Source: Candidatus Aenigmatarchaeota archaeon
GTDB taxonomy: Archaea > Aenigmatarchaeota > Aenigmatarchaeia > QMZP01 > JAFGSV01
Assembly: GCA_016934325.1 (NCBI GenBank)
Contig: JAFGSV010000019.1
Coordinates: forward strand, 1,197-65,196
DNA: 64,000 bases
Direction: 5' to 3'
Shown: positions 61,901 through 64,000 of the stretch, one piece after another
Layout of the letters: every line of letters begins with the position of its first letter
Numbering within the stretch: the stretch's first letter is position 1
Notes under the pieces: model-generated
The model's database searches: none
Told to the model about the DNA's origin: nothing
What the model saw: only the letters and a program-made list of their open reading frames with translations
Program-made: the position numbers and the translations under genes

Positions 61901-64000
61901 TGTATATTACCCCGAAGTCGAACGTGCCCGGCGTCACGTTCCACCCGCTTCCTGCCGTCGCATTAACCGACACGTTGTATGCCCTTGCGTACCCGGCGGT
62001 CGCGTTGAAGGCCAGGGCATAAGAGCTGCCATTGTAAATCGTGATGTTATGTATGTATATCGTCGAGACGTTGGGCACGACCGTAACGGCGGTGTTCGCG
62101 GTCGCTGTGCCGTTTATATCGACGCACCTCATCAGGTTGTACGTGTCATTCGCGCATATCTTGAACTGGTAAAGGCCTGTCACGCCTGTCGAGAAGTTAT
62201 GGTAATAATAAGAGCCGTTATGATCCATGGGGACGGTGGTTACACCTCCGATCGTGTTTGTTATGTTTATCCATGCGTAATCCACCGCCTCGTTGTCACT
62301 TATTATGGCGTTCACCGTAGCATTGCTGAAGATTATCTCGAAAACCGGCGGGTCGACGCTGGCATTCTCGATGGTCGGCGGCGGGTTTGTTATGTTCATG
62401 ATGAAGGTCACGTCCCTGGGAGTGGGCGGGGCAGGATCCGTCGTGCCGGTGATGATCGCTGTGATCGTGATCTTGTTGCTGTACTCTCCCGGCGTTGCCA
62501 GAGCCGGCACGGAATAGTTGATGAAGAGCTGTCCCGAAGTCTGCTTTCCTACGTCGAAAGCTTTGTAGAGGTCGTTCGTCCCGTTTATAAGAACGTAAGC
62601 TGGGGTCGAGCCGCCCTTGTAGAAGGTCAGGGTAACCTTGACGTTGCCCGTGTTCGAGAAGTTTATCACGCCGATCGAGCCTTGGGTGGCAAGCGGCGTC
62701 AGGATGGCACCGAAGGTGCTGGGGGCATTCAGCCAGCTGCTGTTCACAAGCACTGTCATATTCAGCAGGGCTTCATCGTACTCTGCGTTGCTGACGTTCG
62801 CCCTCAGCTTGGTCCAATAATCTCCCGGCTGCTGGCCGGCCGGCAAGGTCACCTCGATGTCGGAGGTGAAATTATCACCGGCGGCCAGGTATCCCTGATA
62901 ATCGGGAACAAGCTCAAGTGTGCAGACGGGGCAGTTTACCCTGAAATTGCCACCGACATCCTGCATGTTTACAAGAAGCAGCGGAGAGTTGCCCGTGGAT
63001 GCTATCGTTATGTTCCCGACGAATGTCTTCATGCCATGCTGTATCTGCTTGTAGACATAGTTCTCAAGGATATCAACGACGGGGTTGGATGCCACGACCA
63101 CGGTGGTTGTGCCCACCGTGGTGTTTATGGTCTTGTCCGGATTCCTCCACGTCGCATTGGCCGTGATTGTGATGAGGCCCGGAGGCGTCTTCGGCTTTAT
63201 AGTGACTATTATCTTCCAAACGCATGATTCGCCGGCTTCCATGGTCTGGCATGAGACGTCCGACTGGTTGTACTGCACTTTTCCTCCGGAGTCGTCGTAG
63301 ACGCTGAGATTGACGTTATAAGCGTGGGCAGGTCCGGGGTTGGTGAAATTCATCGTAAGGTTGAAGGGATATCCGCCAGTCTGGGTTATGTTGCTGGCCG
63401 TAAGCCACGACGGGCTAGAGTTCATGATGCCATCGACCTTGCCCCATACCGAGAAATTATAGATAGCCGACTCGTTCATGTTATGCTCCGTGTACGGGTC
63501 CCACGCCCTTATGGTGACGTTGAAGAGGCCGCCCACTGCAGGCAGGTACTGGACCCTATAGGTGTCATTCGCGATCTCCGTCATGTTGAGGTCCACGTAT
63601 CCGTCTCCCGGTATCCCTATGTGCGCCTTGACATCGTAGACATCATAGTTGTCGATTGCCATGGCCGTGATGTTCGTGTAATTCAGGTTGGCTTCCAGGC
63701 TGGCGTTAGGTATGATCGTTATATTGAAAATCTGCGGCGGCTGCTGGTCCTCGATCGTGTATGTGGCGAACGCCTCCGTCGGGTCGGATGCGTTGTACAG
63801 CATGCTCTGGTTGTCGGTAATGTTGCACTTGAAGTATATGACCCCTTTGCTCTCAGGGATCCACAGATGGGTTATGTAGCCGCTGATATTCGAGTAGTGC
63901 GAACCGTTGAATGTATAGTCGGCACCGTTGTAGCTGTACCAGACCTTGACGAGATAGTCCTTAACGGGGTTGTCCTCCGGCCTGTCCTTCACCTGGCAGG
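57858..64000 (-). CDS. Giant surface protein A (more than 2044 aa, 5'-truncated by the window edge) fused through one TM helix to a cytoplasmic HerA/FtsK-like ATPase
   Basis: The frame stays open to nt 64000 and there is no signal peptide at the track start (GTG). The ectodomain is sequon-rich with repeated modules. Cys motif CGNGECEEDYGESNANCPQDC. Linker PEPVPPKPPTPGGPSG. Two CARDB-like domains. TM MSIFSSWITYAILFALIPGYYFGSRFF (about 58969..59047). Then RKKKKSKAR and the ATPase domain. Confidence 0.85.
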   Translation of the reverse strand, partial: CQVKDRPEDNPVKDYLVKVWYSYNGADYTFNGSHYSNISGYITHLWIPESKGVIYFKCNITDNQSMLYNASDPTEAFATYTIEDQQPPQIFNITIIPNASLEANLNYTNITAMAIDNYDVYDVKAHIGIPGDGYVDLNMTEIANDTYRVQYLPAVGGLFNVTIRAWDPYTEHNMNESAIYNFSVWGKVDGIMNSSPSWLTASNITQTGGYPFNLTMNFTNPGPAHAYNVNLSVYDDSGGKVQYNQSDVSCQTMEAGESCVWKIIVTIKPKTPPGLITITANATWRNPDKTINTTVGTTTVVVASNPVVDILENYVYKQIQHGMKTFVGNITIASTGNSPLLLVNMQDVGGNFRVNCPVCTLELVPDYQGYLAAGDNFTSDIEVTLPAGQQPGDYWTKLRANVSNAEYDEALLNMTVLVNSSWLNAPSTFGAILTPLATQGSIGVINFSNTGNVKVTLTFYKGGSTPAYVLINGTNDLYKAFDVGKQTSGQLFINYSVPALATPGEYSNKITITAIITGTTDPAPPTPRDVTFIMNITNPPPTIENASVDPPVFEIIFSNATVNAIISDNEAVDYAWINITNTIGGVTTVPMDHNGSYYYHNFSTGVTGLYQFKICANDTYNLMRCVDINGTATANTAVTVVPNVSTIYIHNITIYNGSSYALAFNATAGYARAYNVSVNATAGSGWNVTPGTFDFGVIYKNSSKEGNITLSVPDGTPAGNYTINFTAGWTNIDSTTGNSTTTVLVVVEPNPAIEILGQNITIWIMNVTYGNETMQVKSVGNVNVTNIDFDCVMGEVCVNFSTVFVPPGLSVLESGQIANISVGVYVPMDYPAAQYSGMLEVTSDEGVYDDIDVYVRIPTNLTWSVTPQLAKTVIQGTNGTLGKIYVENLGNVYLELDVYRGTGGYPQYFVLEEDQQIIDIPIGGSRQLEVNYTAPVVSQFSTFYAYARTRNWTAEAGEKIETTVLNLTVHPYFVDILSPTESNPVVNVNWNDSVRVMANLTYGNYTITSNDTVAWNISLSNGTDTFNVNLTYIIWILDNVTNESYWLINFTAPDLELDRGYDLNVSANYTMNGTNTSLYYWDVAYKSVIYTDTSPPDISISVPPKVSLNSIATVTVDIIEPGGVKNVTATVSHHNVTENLSLYLLGRIGDTYTYQGQFTNTSQTGDYYVNATVYDMSGNMNGTSASFLVSVLILFHGKAVDEEDTAPKDPLSVDFSLYYIEGMSYFNFSTDQAGTYNQTIDSGVYNIDLHLWNESLGIRGVGIQSDVFNPLCFGNIMTKLIGMNVRGLFRGITVNTTLNMTNATLVFNYSEFEDEIASPKVLGIYQCTNWTRRTGCGSVWTRMSNVAVYPSNTTLAAFMTSIGDAYALAEYVCGNGECEEDYGESNANCPQDCRHVTPEPVPPKPPTPGGPSGVGAGAVGAVGVPRVPVEIKSSLIFVTLRPGEHEIHSIDVTNNLGSAITVDVSVEGNVWELVMIERPVFDIRGSSTGTVKIKVFTLPSTMEGIYTGDIITRIRERNITHVTPITVKVERPKEPLLDVGVKALSKTVEPGTNLTLEVTLLNMGETADIDDIVVTYDIKSLETENVIIRKRETLAIENVKTFKKSIEIPADTSFGRYVIEINATYWDGRKQAFAIDSFDIIYVPLPIKMLMSIFSSWITYAILFALIPGYYFGSRFFSMYRKKKKSKARYIFPMDVGKLPKPGDRSLLVGKIAETDMKAYMTLDDLTTHSIAAGSTGAGKSVSAQVCSEELLKRGIPIVVVDPTAQWTGFMRPCKDPAMLNLYPQFGMKPDDARAYKVNIIMIENGDQPIPWKDIMEKKGEMTVLVTEKLPNKEMDKFVRRSVESLFEMRLPEAREMRMMLIYDEVHRLLPKYGGKGGYIVLERACREFRKWGVGIFMISQVLMDFRGAIRANISTEIQLRTKYEGDINRVKTKYGPDYASKITKLVTGTGLMQNASYNNGKPWFVSFRPLLHDTKRLTAEELDKYVKIGKSVDEIQKKLDDMKKRGVETSDVEVELNLARDKLKQGLFTMAESYIESVSNRVKAM

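Noticed and set aside
1-64000. Searched by eye for rRNA, additional tRNAs (T-arm GGTTCRAATCC and its complement), CRISPR repeats, IS/transposase or integrase genes and flanking direct repeats of the AT-rich islands
   Set aside because: Nothing convincing was found beyond the single tRNA at 16110..16258. The absence is by eye only and should be confirmed with Infernal/Rfam, tRNAscan-SE, a CRISPR finder and ISfinder-type searches.

Overview
This is an archaeal chromosomal segment. The evidence is archaeal RNase P proteins Rpp30 and Pop5, an ATP-dependent DNA ligase, an archaeal-type AspRS, RNase HII, inositol-phospholipid genes, TATA/BRE-like boxes close to start codons, and BHB-type tRNA introns. 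The lineage cannot be fixed from the sequence alone.

The backbone is GC-rich with a strong third-position G/C bias. That bias also creates many long antisense shadow ORFs. The backbone is interrupted by visibly AT-richer islets.

The left part (1-40 kb) mixes housekeeping genes with accessory material:
- a myo-inositol-1-phosphate synthase split by a 468-aa LAGLIDADG intein
- a free-standing LAGLIDADG endonuclease converging on an initiator tRNA-Met gene that appears to carry three introns
- an AT-rich island with an SNF2 helicase-methyltransferase fusion, a 4x tandem-HTH protein and a small B3-like protein
- three paralogous cytoplasmic PQQ-like beta-propellers
- a HerA-like ATPase, membrane protein and coiled-coil group

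The right part (40.4-64 kb) is a co-oriented minus-strand supercluster and my top candidate for an undescribed envelope-spanning system. It contains two giant sequon-rich surface proteins, one ending in a cytoplasmic HerA/FtsK-like ATPase and one in a SHOCT-like tail. It also contains four long coiled-coil proteins, two tiny TM proteins (one with a coiled-coil tail), a MinD/ParA ATPase and an orphan.

No rRNA, CRISPR array, transposase or integrase was recognised. All domain calls come from motif recognition by eye and need profile searches to confirm.
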